The notes beneath the pieces are model-generated. The model was not told the DNA's origin, did not search any database, and was given only the letters and a program-made list of their open reading frames with translations. Shown one piece after another: positions 42,963-52,061 of a stretch of 64,000 nt of DNA. The number at the start of each line of letters is the position of its first letter. Position 1 is the stretch's first letter. Both the position numbers and the translations under genes were made by a program. Origin of the DNA: Kiritimatiellia bacterium (GTDB lineage Bacteria > Verrucomicrobiota > Kiritimatiellia > CAIQIC01 > Lenti-01). Location: contig JAFYAC010000029.1 of assembly GCA_017540905.1 (NCBI GenBank), forward strand, positions 14,171 to 78,170, given 5' to 3'.

Positions 42963-45865
42963 CGGGCCTCGGCCGTTTCCGCGGGTTTGCGGGATTGCTC
43001 GCCGGGGCGATGCTTCGCCGCCAGCCGGCGGTGGTCCTTCTCGCGGTGGCCGCGGTGGCCCTCGCCGCGGGCATGGTGCTGCGGGTGGCGTGCACGTTCT
43101 CGGCCTCGTCGGACCGCCTCGACGCGATGGTGGCGGACGCGGACCTCCATTTCGACCGCGTCGTGGCCGAGGACGCGGACACGGACGGGGACGGCGGGGC
43201 CGCCATGGACGCGGCCATCGCAATGCCGCATCCGGCTTTGCCGGAGGGGCTGCTGGACTTCGTCCGCGGGCACGGCGCGGTGGCGGCGTGCGTGGCGGGC
43301 TCGGTCGCGACGGTCGAGGTGTATCCGGGACCGGAAACGGCCGCCCACAACGGCGGAATGGGGCGGCGCGGCGGCGCGGTGCCCGGTCCGGCCCGCGGCG
43401 CCCCCGGCGGCCCAGCGCCGGACCGCCCCCGCAAGGCCCCCCCGCCGCCGGAGGGCGCGGTCAGGGGCCACGTCTCCACGAACATCACGGACCCGATGTT
43501 CCGGATGGCGGGATGGGTGCCCGGCGAGATGGCCCTGTGCCCGCTCTTTTCGCCGGAACCGGATGCCGTGCCGCCCGGGGTGGAGGCGGAAGCGTGGCAA
43601 CGGTGCCTCGCGGAAGGTTCGTTGGCGGTGCCCTCCTCCATCGCGCGGCAGTTCGGCCTCGCCGCGGGCGACACGGTGTACCTCGCGGGCGCCGGCGGCC
43701 GCTCGCTCGTCCCCGTCGGGGCGGTGTACGGCACGGGGGGCGCGGGGATGGTGCGCGGGCTGTTCCCGGTCCATGCGCCGCGCGGGCCATTCGAAGCGGT
43801 GGCCGGCGCGCCGTGGCGCCCGAACCGCGCCTACGTGCGGCTGCGCCCGGAACGGGCGCGGGAGTTCGACGACGCCTTTGCCGCCGCGCTCTCCTCCCTC
43901 TCCGGCGGTGGGGCCCCGGCCGCGCTGCTCGGCCCGGCCCACTGGCGCAGGGCGGCCGCCCCGGCGGCGCGCGGGCGCGGCGGCGGGAGCGGGTTCGACG
44001 CGATCCCCTACTCGGCGGTATTCCTCGCGAACGCGGCGGCCCTCTTCCTCCTGCTGAGCACGCTGGCGATGAACGTGCAGGCCCAGCGGCGCGAGTTGGC
44101 GGTCCTGAGGGCCATCGGCGCGCCCGCGTGGATGCCGGCGCTGGCCGTGCTTTTCCAGGGATTGGGCCTGGCGGCCGCGGGCTGGGTGGTCGGCGCGGCG
44201 TTCGGCCTACACGGGTTCCGGGGCACCCTGCCGGAGGCGGCGCGCGGTTGGGGGCATGTCCTGGCGCTGGCGCGGAACGGACTCTGGATTTCGGCGCTGC
44301 CCGTCCTGGCGGCGACCCTGCTGGCGTGCGTGCCGGCCGTATGGATGGTGGCCCGGCTGCATCCGCTGGAAGAGGCGCCCCCGGCGGCCGCACGGACCGG
44401 ACGGGCCGCGTTCGCCTGGGGATTGGCGCTCCTGGCGCTGCATCCGGCGCTGGCCTGGACGCCCCTCGCGCGCGGGGCGCTCGCCCAAGGCCTCGTGTTG
44501 CCGGCCGCGTACCTGCTCGGGATGGCCGGGGCCATCCTGATGGTGCCCGGCCTTCTGCGGGCGCTGGCCCGCGCGCTGGCCCGGCCGCTCGGCCTGCTGC
44601 TGGGCCTGCACCCGCTGCTACTGCGCGACCACGACCAGAGCGGCCTGTGGCAGCAGACGCTCGGGGCGGCGGCCCTGGTGGTTTCCCTGGCGTTCTACCT
44701 CACGACCGCAATCTGGGGCGAGTCGATGCGCAGGCCGTTCGTGGCCGGGGACAAAGTGCAGGACGCCATCGCCATGTATCTCCCCAACGGCCCGCTGGCG
44801 GGGCGGGCGGGCGAAATCGCGTTCCTCCCGGGGGTGACCTCCGACTGCGCGATGCGCCTGACGCACCTCCAATTGGCCGCCACGGACGCGCTCGCGGGCA
44901 AGTTCTTCGCGGGCGCCGGCGAAATCATCCTCCTCCGCACCGACCTGGACCGGTTCCTCGGCGGCATCGACCACCGCCTGGTCGCCGGGCGCACCGGGCC
45001 GCTCAGGGACGGGGAGTGCGTGGTGATGGACCAGATGCCCATCACCGCCCCCGATGCGTTCCGGCTCGGCAAGCCGTTCGGGGTCTACCCGCTGGAGGAC
45101 GACCCGGAGGGGGAGGACGCCGGCGGCGGCTGCCCGCCCATCGACCGCGCCCGCAGCGAGCTCGTGCCCGTCGGCGTGCTGGACATCCCCGGCTGGCAGC
45201 TCATCACCAAGTCCACGCGCATGCGCCGCGGCATGAACCGGAGCCTTTCCCTGGTCTTCGTCAACGACGCCACGTTCGACCGCTACGCCCCCCACATCCG
45301 CGAAAACTGCCACTGGCTCTCGCTCGCCCCCGGCACCTCCATGCAGGCCTTGCAGAACGCGCTCGACGGATTGCGGCCGTTCCCGGCGGCGTACGTCAAG
45401 CTCACCGACATCGCGGCGGCCCAGGACATGGTCAACCGCCGCTCCGACAGCGTCATCGCCCCGCTGCTTCGCCTGCCGCTGATGGTGCTGGGCCTCTCGA
45501 GCCTGGCGGTCCTGGTGTCGCTGGCGGCCGCCGCCTGGTCGCGTCGGCGGGCGTACGCCCTGCTCGACGCCCTGGGCCTGACCCGATTCCAGCTCATGCG
45601 CCTGCTGCTCGGCGAGGCCGTGCTGCTCGCGGTCGCCGCCGTCCTGCTGGGGACGCTGCTCGCGCTGCTGTTCGCCCAGACCGGAATCCTGCTCTGCGAC
45701 CGCATGATGTCCGTCCGCGCGCCGTACGTCTTCCCGTGGGGGGCCTTCGCGACCGGCGCGGCGGCCACCCTGGGGGCGACCCTGGCGGCCGCGGCGCTGG
45801 CCATCCCCCTGCTCTGCCGCCGCTCCGGCCCGGCCGGCGCGCTCTCCGGGGCCGACCGGTCCTGA
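42959..45865 (+). CDS. FtsX-like ABC permease, large (two FtsX domains)
   Basis: The ATG at 42959 overlaps the ATPase stop (ATGA). Same frame as ORF 42554..45865. Multiple TM blocks are present, including VFLANAAALFLLLSTLAMNVQAQRRELAVLRAIGA and the C-terminal LVSLAAAAWSRRRAYALLDALGL. Confidence 0.8.
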   Translation: MTGLGRFRGFAGLLAGAMLRRQPAVVLLAVAAVALAAGMVLRVACTFSASSDRLDAMVADADLHFDRVVAEDADTDGDGGAAMDAAIAMPHPALPEGLLDFVRGHGAVAACVAGSVATVEVYPGPETAAHNGGMGRRGGAVPGPARGAPGGPAPDRPRKAPPPPEGAVRGHVSTNITDPMFRMAGWVPGEMALCPLFSPEPDAVPPGVEAEAWQRCLAEGSLAVPSSIARQFGLAAGDTVYLAGAGGRSLVPVGAVYGTGGAGMVRGLFPVHAPRGPFEAVAGAPWRPNRAYVRLRPERAREFDDAFAAALSSLSGGGAPAALLGPAHWRRAAAPAARGRGGGSGFDAIPYSAVFLANAAALFLLLSTLAMNVQAQRRELAVLRAIGAPAWMPALAVLFQGLGLAAAGWVVGAAFGLHGFRGTLPEAARGWGHVLALARNGLWISALPVLAATLLACVPAVWMVARLHPLEEAPPAAARTGRAAFAWGLALLALHPALAWTPLARGALAQGLVLPAAYLLGMAGAILMVPGLLRALARALARPLGLLLGLHPLLLRDHDQSGLWQQTLGAAALVVSLAFYLTTAIWGESMRRPFVAGDKVQDAIAMYLPNGPLAGRAGEIAFLPGVTSDCAMRLTHLQLAATDALAGKFFAGAGEIILLRTDLDRFLGGIDHRLVAGRTGPLRDGECVVMDQMPITAPDAFRLGKPFGVYPLEDDPEGEDAGGGCPPIDRARSELVPVGVLDIPGWQLITKSTRMRRGMNRSLSLVFVNDATFDRYAPHIRENCHWLSLAPGTSMQALQNALDGLRPFPAAYVKLTDIAAAQDMVNRRSDSVIAPLLRLPLMVLGLSSLAVLVSLAAAAWSRRRAYALLDALGLTRFQLMRLLLGEAVLLAVAAVLLGTLLALLFAQTGILLCDRMMSVRAPYVFPWGAFATGAAATLGATLAAAALAIPLLCRRSGPAGALSGADRS

Positions 45866-45900
45866 ACCGGCCCGCCCACCCCCGGCGGCCACCGGGCGGG

Positions 45901-45929
45901 TTGACAGGCGCGGGGCGGGGTGGGATAGT
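45901..45929 (+). promoter_or_regulatory. putative sigma70-type promoter
   Basis: TTGACA (45901-45906), a 17-nt spacer, then GATAGT (45924-45929). An AAGGAG RBS lies before the ATG at 45958. Confidence 0.4.
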
Positions 45930-45957
45930 CGCACCCATGCTTTCAAGGAGTCATGCG

Positions 45958-46299
45958 ATGAAGAAGCTTGCTGTGCTGGGCCTGGCCGCGCTCGCGGCGT
46001 TGGGGACGCCGGGGTGTTTCCGGAACACGGTCTCGGAGATGGAGCTGGACATTCCGGCCATGACCACCCCCGCGGCCGCGGCGCGCGTCGAACAGGGACT
46101 CAAGACCCTCGGCGACGCCGTGAAGGACATCCGGCTGGATCCCGGCAACCACCGTGCGGTGGTGAAGTTCGACAACGTGCGCCTCGGCCGCCGCAACGTG
46201 GAGGTCGCCGTCTCCCACGCGGGATTCGCCGTGAACGACTGGCCGGCCGACGAAGAGGCCCGCGCAAAACTGCCCAAGGAGATGCAAGGACATGAATAA
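45958..46299 (+). CDS. HMA-fold-like lipoprotein lacking the CxxC metal site
   Basis: MKKLAVLGLAALAALGTPGC carries a lipobox. ELDIPAMTTPAAAARVEQGLKTLGDAVKDIRLDPGNHRAVVKFD...VAVSHAGFAV follows the HMA pattern, but MTTPAA replaces MTCxxC. Confidence 0.6.
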   Translation: MKKLAVLGLAALAALGTPGCFRNTVSEMELDIPAMTTPAAAARVEQGLKTLGDAVKDIRLDPGNHRAVVKFDNVRLGRRNVEVAVSHAGFAVNDWPADEEARAKLPKEMQGHE

Positions 46300-47809
46300 A
46301 GCGAGTGCCGTGCGGGCCGTGTGCCCGAAGAACGTCCGCGAACCCGCCGCCGGAACGGTGCGCGTGGTGCCGGTGTGGAACGGGGAAGCCTGGGGCGCCG
46401 ACGCCCTGCCGCCGGACGACGCCGCGGTCCTGGCCGCCTGGCTCCGCAAGCATGATTTCAAGGGCGAGGCCGGCACCGCGGCCTGGCCGACGGGCGTGTC
46501 GGTCCCCGTCCTGCTCGCGGGCATGGGCTCCACCGGCGACTTCCAGACGGTCCGCTGGTTCAGGGGCTGGGCGGCCGCCGGAAAGGCCCTGGCCGACGCG
46601 AAGGCGGAATCCGCCCGCGTGGAGGACTCCATCTTCGACCGCCTCCCCGAAGGCGCCCCCGGGCGCGCGGCCCTCTCCCGCCTCCTCGCCGAAGGCCTCG
46701 GAACGGGCGGCTACCGCTTCCTCGCCCTCCGCGGCAAGGCGGACGGCGGGGAGAAAACCCCGCCCATCGAGGTCGAACTCGCCGGCGACGATTTCGCGGC
46801 CCCGGACGTGCGCCGCGCCGTCGAACGCGGCATGCTCGCGGCCGACACCGTCAACGAAATCCGCGATGCCGCCAACACGCCCGCCAACCGGCTCGGCCCC
46901 GCGGAAATGGCCACCTTCGCCAAAAAACTGGCCGACGCCGACGGACTCTCCTGCAAGGTGTTCGACGAAAAGGCGTTGCGCCGCGAAAAGGCCGGCGCCC
47001 TCCTCGCCGTGGGCCAGGGCAGCCACCGTCCGCCCTGCCTCCTCCGCCTCGCCTACACCCCGGCCAAGGCCCCCAAGGGCGCACGCCCCCGCGTGCTGGT
47101 CGGCAAGGCCATCCTCTTCGACGCCGGCGGCATCTGCCTCAAGCCGGCCAAGAACATGGAATGGATGCAGTACGACAAGTGCGGCGGCATGGCCGCCATC
47201 GCGGCCGTCCTCCTCGCGGCGCGCCTGAAGCTCCCGCGCCCCGTCGTCGCCTACGTGCCCATGGCCGAGAACCTCCCCGGCGGCGGCGCGCAGCGCCCCG
47301 GCGACATCGTGACCGCCCGCAACGGCAAGACCATCGAAGTCCTCAACACCGACGCCGAGGGACGCCTCATCCTCGCCGACGCCCTGACCTTCGCCGCGGA
47401 CGAGAAGCCGGAAGCCATCGTCGACATCGCGACCCTCACGGGCGCCGTCGTCATCGCGCTCGGGCACGAAGCGAGCGGCGTGATGGGCAACGACGGCGAC
47501 CTCCTGGACGCCCTGGACGCCGCCGCCGGCACCGCCGGCGAACGCATCTGGCGCTTCCCGATGTGGGAAGAGTACGCAACGCCCCTCCGCGGCACTTTCG
47601 GCGACCTCCGCAACATGGGCGCCCCCGGCGCCGCCGGCACCATCGCCGCCGGCATGTTCCTCAAGCAGTTCGTCCCCGAAGGCACCCCCTGGGCCCACCT
47701 CGACATCGCCGGCACCGCCTGGAACGAGACCGCCACCGCCTGGGGCGCCCCCGGCGCCACCCTGGCCTGCGCCCGCCTGCTCGCCGCCTGGCTCGAAGCC
47801 GACGCCTGA
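46292..47809 (+). CDS. pepA: leucyl aminopeptidase (M17)
   Basis: VGKAILFDAGGICLKP ... NTDAEGRLILADAL ... DIATLTGA. Confidence 0.9.
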   Translation: MNKASAVRAVCPKNVREPAAGTVRVVPVWNGEAWGADALPPDDAAVLAAWLRKHDFKGEAGTAAWPTGVSVPVLLAGMGSTGDFQTVRWFRGWAAAGKALADAKAESARVEDSIFDRLPEGAPGRAALSRLLAEGLGTGGYRFLALRGKADGGEKTPPIEVELAGDDFAAPDVRRAVERGMLAADTVNEIRDAANTPANRLGPAEMATFAKKLADADGLSCKVFDEKALRREKAGALLAVGQGSHRPPCLLRLAYTPAKAPKGARPRVLVGKAILFDAGGICLKPAKNMEWMQYDKCGGMAAIAAVLLAARLKLPRPVVAYVPMAENLPGGGAQRPGDIVTARNGKTIEVLNTDAEGRLILADALTFAADEKPEAIVDIATLTGAVVIALGHEASGVMGNDGDLLDALDAAAGTAGERIWRFPMWEEYATPLRGTFGDLRNMGAPGAAGTIAAGMFLKQFVPEGTPWAHLDIAGTAWNETATAWGAPGATLACARLLAAWLEADA

Positions 47810-47866
47810 GCGGAATCCCGGAATCCCGGGCTTCCCGAGTCCCGCCCCCCCGAAATCCCCAAGCCA

Positions 47867-48757
<891 letters not shown>

Positions 48758-49133
48758 CCCCGTAGCCACTTGGACGGGCCGGATTGCGGAAACGACCGTC
48801 CATGCGAACGGCCTGCGCCGAGGCAGTAATGCACGCGGGGGTGTGGAGGAAAAGTGTGAGGGTGACTTTGCCGAAGACAAGAGGGAATGCCTCTGCTCGC
48901 TGCAATCAGAGGCCCCAAATGATATGTCTACATATTTATGGACATACCATTTGCGGCTGTTCGCGACAAAGGCGTGCGAAGCCCCTCCCCCCTCTCGGAA
49001 GGGGGAAAGAGCTTCGCACGATCCAATCACCACAGACTGGCTTCTCCTCCCACCTTGCACTTTTCGCCCACACCCTGCGCGCGGCTTTCCGTCGCGCGCG
49101 CCTTTCTTGACGGGAGGGGCGGGGAAGGATAGG

Positions 49134-49670
49134 ATGGGCGGCATGGTGGCATTCCTTACAACTTGGGTTTTCGCGTTTCTGGGGTATCTGGCGCTGGCCG
49201 CGGGGAGCGGCGGCGTGCTCGGGCTTTGGGAGGCGCCCGAAATCTGGATCGGCGCCGTCGTGGCGACCGCCGTCGCGGCGCTCTCTTCGCGCTGGTTCGG
49301 CGCGCAGGTGCCCGGCAGGGCGCTCTCGCCGTGGCGGTGGATCAAGGTCGTCGCGTACGCCTGCGGGAAGTTCTTCGTGGAGCTCACCAAGGCGAATTTC
49401 GACGTGGCCGGTCGCGTGATCACCGGCCGGATCCGTCCGGGCATCGTGAAGGTGAAGACGGAGTTCGGTCCGGGCGCGGGCATCGTGATGCTCGCGAACT
49501 CGATCACGCTCACCCCGGGCACGCTGACGGTCGAGGAGGACGCCCCCAACGGCGTGCTCTACGTCCACATGCTCAACGTGCCGGAGGGCATGGAAAACCG
49601 GGACGAGGTGCCGGTGCGGGAGTTGTTCGGGCTGGATTGCCCGAAATCGGTGAAGGGGATCGTGGAATGA
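49134..49670 (+). CDS. mnhE: Na+/H+ antiporter subunit E (MrpE/MnhE; MbhA-like)
   Basis: ATG at 49134 within ORF 48843..49670. ANFDVAGRVITGRIRPGIVKV...ANSITLTPGTLTV. Confidence 0.8.
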   Translation: MGGMVAFLTTWVFAFLGYLALAAGSGGVLGLWEAPEIWIGAVVATAVAALSSRWFGAQVPGRALSPWRWIKVVAYACGKFFVELTKANFDVAGRVITGRIRPGIVKVKTEFGPGAGIVMLANSITLTPGTLTVEEDAPNGVLYVHMLNVPEGMENRDEVPVRELFGLDCPKSVKGIVE

Positions 49671-49924
49671 TCTTGCGGCTGTTCACTTTCGCGGGGGCCT
49701 GGATGGCGGGGTTGATGGCGGTGGTGTCGTGGCGGCTGCTGCGCGGGCCGACGCTCGCCGACCGGGTGGTCGCGCTCGACGCGGTCAACACGCTGGTCGT
49801 CGCCTCGATGCTGCTCGGCGCGGTGCTGCTGCACGGGACGTGGATGGTGGACGTGGCGATCATCTACGCGCTGCTCTCCTACGTGGGCACGCTCTACATC
49901 GCGCGCGTGATGAGGAAGGACTAG
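49667..49924 (+). CDS. mnhF: antiporter subunit F (MrpF/MnhF)
   Basis: ATGA overlap at 49667. LLRGPTLADRVVALDAVNTLVVASMLL. Confidence 0.8.
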   Translation: MILRLFTFAGAWMAGLMAVVSWRLLRGPTLADRVVALDAVNTLVVASMLLGAVLLHGTWMVDVAIIYALLSYVGTLYIARVMRKD

Positions 49925-49927
49925 GCG

Positions 49928-50335
49928 GTGATGGATACGGTTCTGGACATCCTCATGGCCGCGGCCCTCTTCGTGGGGCTGGCGTTCAACACGCTGGGCG
50001 TCTTCGGCATCCTGCGGTTCCCCGACGTGTACACGCGGTTGCACGCGGACACGAAGGCGACGACCTTCGGCTCGGTCTTCACGTCGCTGGCCGTCCTGAT
50101 GTGGCTGCTCCGGCAGTGGGTCGGCGCGGACTTCGACGGGGCGCTCCTCCAGCAGGCCATCCACACGGTCGTGGCCGTGGTGGTGCTGGCGGTGACGAAC
50201 GCGACGGGCGGGCACGCGATCGCGCGCGCCGTCTGGCATCTGGGGATACGGCCGGCGCGCGCGGTGTGCGACGCGCTTGCCGCGGACAAGGCGAAGGCCC
50301 GGCCGGAGGCGGGGAAGAAGGAGGGCGAGGCATGA
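49928..50335 (+). CDS. mnhG: antiporter subunit G (MrpG/MnhG)
   Basis: LGVFGILRFPDVYTRLHADTKATTFG. Confidence 0.85.
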   Translation: MMDTVLDILMAAALFVGLAFNTLGVFGILRFPDVYTRLHADTKATTFGSVFTSLAVLMWLLRQWVGADFDGALLQQAIHTVVAVVVLAVTNATGGHAIARAVWHLGIRPARAVCDALAADKAKARPEAGKKEGEA

Positions 50336-50901
50336 ACGCGAGCGTGGTGGCATTGCAGATTGCGCTGGGGCTGGGGATGGTGGCGATGGCGGTGTCGGTG
50401 CTGTTCCTGCGGAACCTGATGGCATCGGCGGTCTCGCTGGCGGGGTTCAGCCTGCTGCTGGCGCTGGAGTTCTACATCCTGCAGGCGCCCGACGTGGCGA
50501 TCGCGGAAGCCGGCATCGGCGCGGGGCTCACGACGGCGATTTTCATGGTCGCCATCCGCGCGGTGACGGCCAAGGGTAAGAAGGAGGCGCCGCCCGCGAC
50601 TCCTCAAACGCAGGAATCCCCGAAACCCGAACCCCCGGCAGAGTCGCCCGCTCCCGCCGAACCGCCCGCCGAAGAGTCGCGGCAAGATGCCGCCGGCCCC
50701 GCGGAAGCGCAAGCGGAGGACGCTTCCAACGCCCCCCCCATGGACGCTCCTGGCGCCGGGGCGCAGCAGGATGCCGCCCCCGTGGAGGGCGCACCCGCGG
50801 AGGTGCCTGTCGCCGAACCCGCGGAATCTGAAATTCCAGATTTGAAATCCGAAATTCCGCCCTCCCCGACCCCCATTCCCCCGGAAAAGGAGGCCCCGTG
50901 A
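50332..50901 (+). CDS. DUF4040/MbhD-like membrane protein (MrpA C-terminal-like) with Pro/Ala/Glu-rich tail
   Basis: ATGA overlap at 50332. AVSLAGFSLLLALEFYILQAPDVAIAEAGIGAGLTTAIFMVAI. Confidence 0.7.
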   Translation: MNASVVALQIALGLGMVAMAVSVLFLRNLMASAVSLAGFSLLLALEFYILQAPDVAIAEAGIGAGLTTAIFMVAIRAVTAKGKKEAPPATPQTQESPKPEPPAESPAPAEPPAEESRQDAAGPAEAQAEDASNAPPMDAPGAGAQQDAAPVEGAPAEVPVAEPAESEIPDLKSEIPPSPTPIPPEKEAP

Positions 50902-51209
50902 AACACCTTTTCAAGTTCCTGGTCCTGGCGGTGCTGGCGGCGGCGCTGTGGCGGTGCGCGCTGGCGATACCGTTCGGCAACCCGCTGGCGGGCACGCCGC
51001 TCCCCCCGGCGATGGACGAGCACTACATCGCGGCGGCGCGCGCGGAGACGGGCGCGTCGAACGTGGTGACGTCGATCGTCTTCGACTACCGCGGATTCGA
51101 CACGCTGGGCGAGGCGTCGGTGCTGTTCACGGCGGTGCTGGGCGTGGGGCTGGTGCTGCGGAAGCTCAACGCGAAGGAAAAACGGGAGGCGCGCGATGCG
51201 GAAGAGTAG
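50898..51209 (+). CDS. MnhB-domain protein (MbhE-like)
   Basis: ASNVVTSIVFDYRGFDTLGEASVLFTAVLGV. Confidence 0.75.
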   Translation: MKHLFKFLVLAVLAAALWRCALAIPFGNPLAGTPLPPAMDEHYIAAARAETGASNVVTSIVFDYRGFDTLGEASVLFTAVLGVGLVLRKLNAKEKREARDAEE

Positions 51210-51699
51210 GATCGTCGGCCACATCGCGGCCGTGTTTTATCCGTTCTGCCTGGTCTTCGGGCTGTACGTCGTGCTGCACGGGCACCTGACGCCCGGCGGC
51301 GGCTTCCAGGGCGGCGCGGTCATGGCGACCGGCGCGGCGCTGATGATGGTCGCGGGCATGTTCGACGAGGGCGAACGCGAAATCAAGTACCACCACTACA
51401 AGGCCATCGAGGCGTTCGGCCTGCTGCTGTTCATCGGCCTGGCGTTTGCGGGGATCCTCTCCGGACACGGGGCGTTCTTCCGCAATATCTGGGCCAACGC
51501 GGGCGGCTGGTTCGGCGCGCCCGGCGAGAGCGGGTCGTTCAACAGCGGCGGGCTGCTGCCGCTGATGAACCTGGCGGTCGGCGTCGAAGTCTTCGGCGGC
51601 ATCTCCGTCATCCTGGTCACCATGATCCGCGCCATGAAGGCCGCCGAACGCGGCGAAGACCGCGAGGACGGGGACGAAAAAGGGGAGGACGCCGAATGA
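51196..51699 (+). CDS. mnhB: antiporter subunit B (MrpB/MnhB; MbhF-like)
   Basis: LHGHLTPGGGFQGGAVMATG. Confidence 0.8.
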   Translation: MRKSRIVGHIAAVFYPFCLVFGLYVVLHGHLTPGGGFQGGAVMATGAALMMVAGMFDEGEREIKYHHYKAIEAFGLLLFIGLAFAGILSGHGAFFRNIWANAGGWFGAPGESGSFNSGGLLPLMNLAVGVEVFGGISVILVTMIRAMKAAERGEDREDGDEKGEDAE

Positions 51700-52061
51700 A
51701 CGCCATCCTCACCCATCTCCCCTTCGTGATCGCGCTGACGGTCGCCATCGCCGGACTGGCCGTGGTGCTGTGGCGGCGGAACCTCATCCATGTCCTGATG
51801 GGCATGTCGCTGGTCGAGTCGGCGGTGAACCTGTTCCTCGTCGCGCTCGGCTACCGGCACGACGCCGTCGCCCCCATCTACACCGGCCTCCGCGACGGCG
51901 GCGAACACGTCTACATGGTCCTGCCCACCGTGCAGGCGCTCACGCTGACCGCCATCGTCATCGGGCTGGCCACCACCGCCATGATGCTCTCGCTGGTGAT
52001 CGTCATCCACCGCCACTACGGCACCACCGACGTGCGCGACGTCCGGAGGCTCCGCGAATGA
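51696..52061 (+). CDS. mnhC: antiporter subunit C (MrpC/MnhC, NuoK-like)
   Basis: NLIHVLMGMSLVESAVNLFLVALG. ATGA overlap at 51696. Confidence 0.85.
   Translation: MNAILTHLPFVIALTVAIAGLAVVLWRRNLIHVLMGMSLVESAVNLFLVALGYRHDAVAPIYTGLRDGGEHVYMVLPTVQALTLTAIVIGLATTAMMLSLVIVIHRHYGTTDVRDVRRLRE

Noticed and set aside
49107-49135. TTGACG-17-TAGGAT promoter that would give a leaderless mnhE transcript
   Set aside because: The -10 candidate overlaps the start codon, and I have no independent support. This is too speculative to list as a feature.
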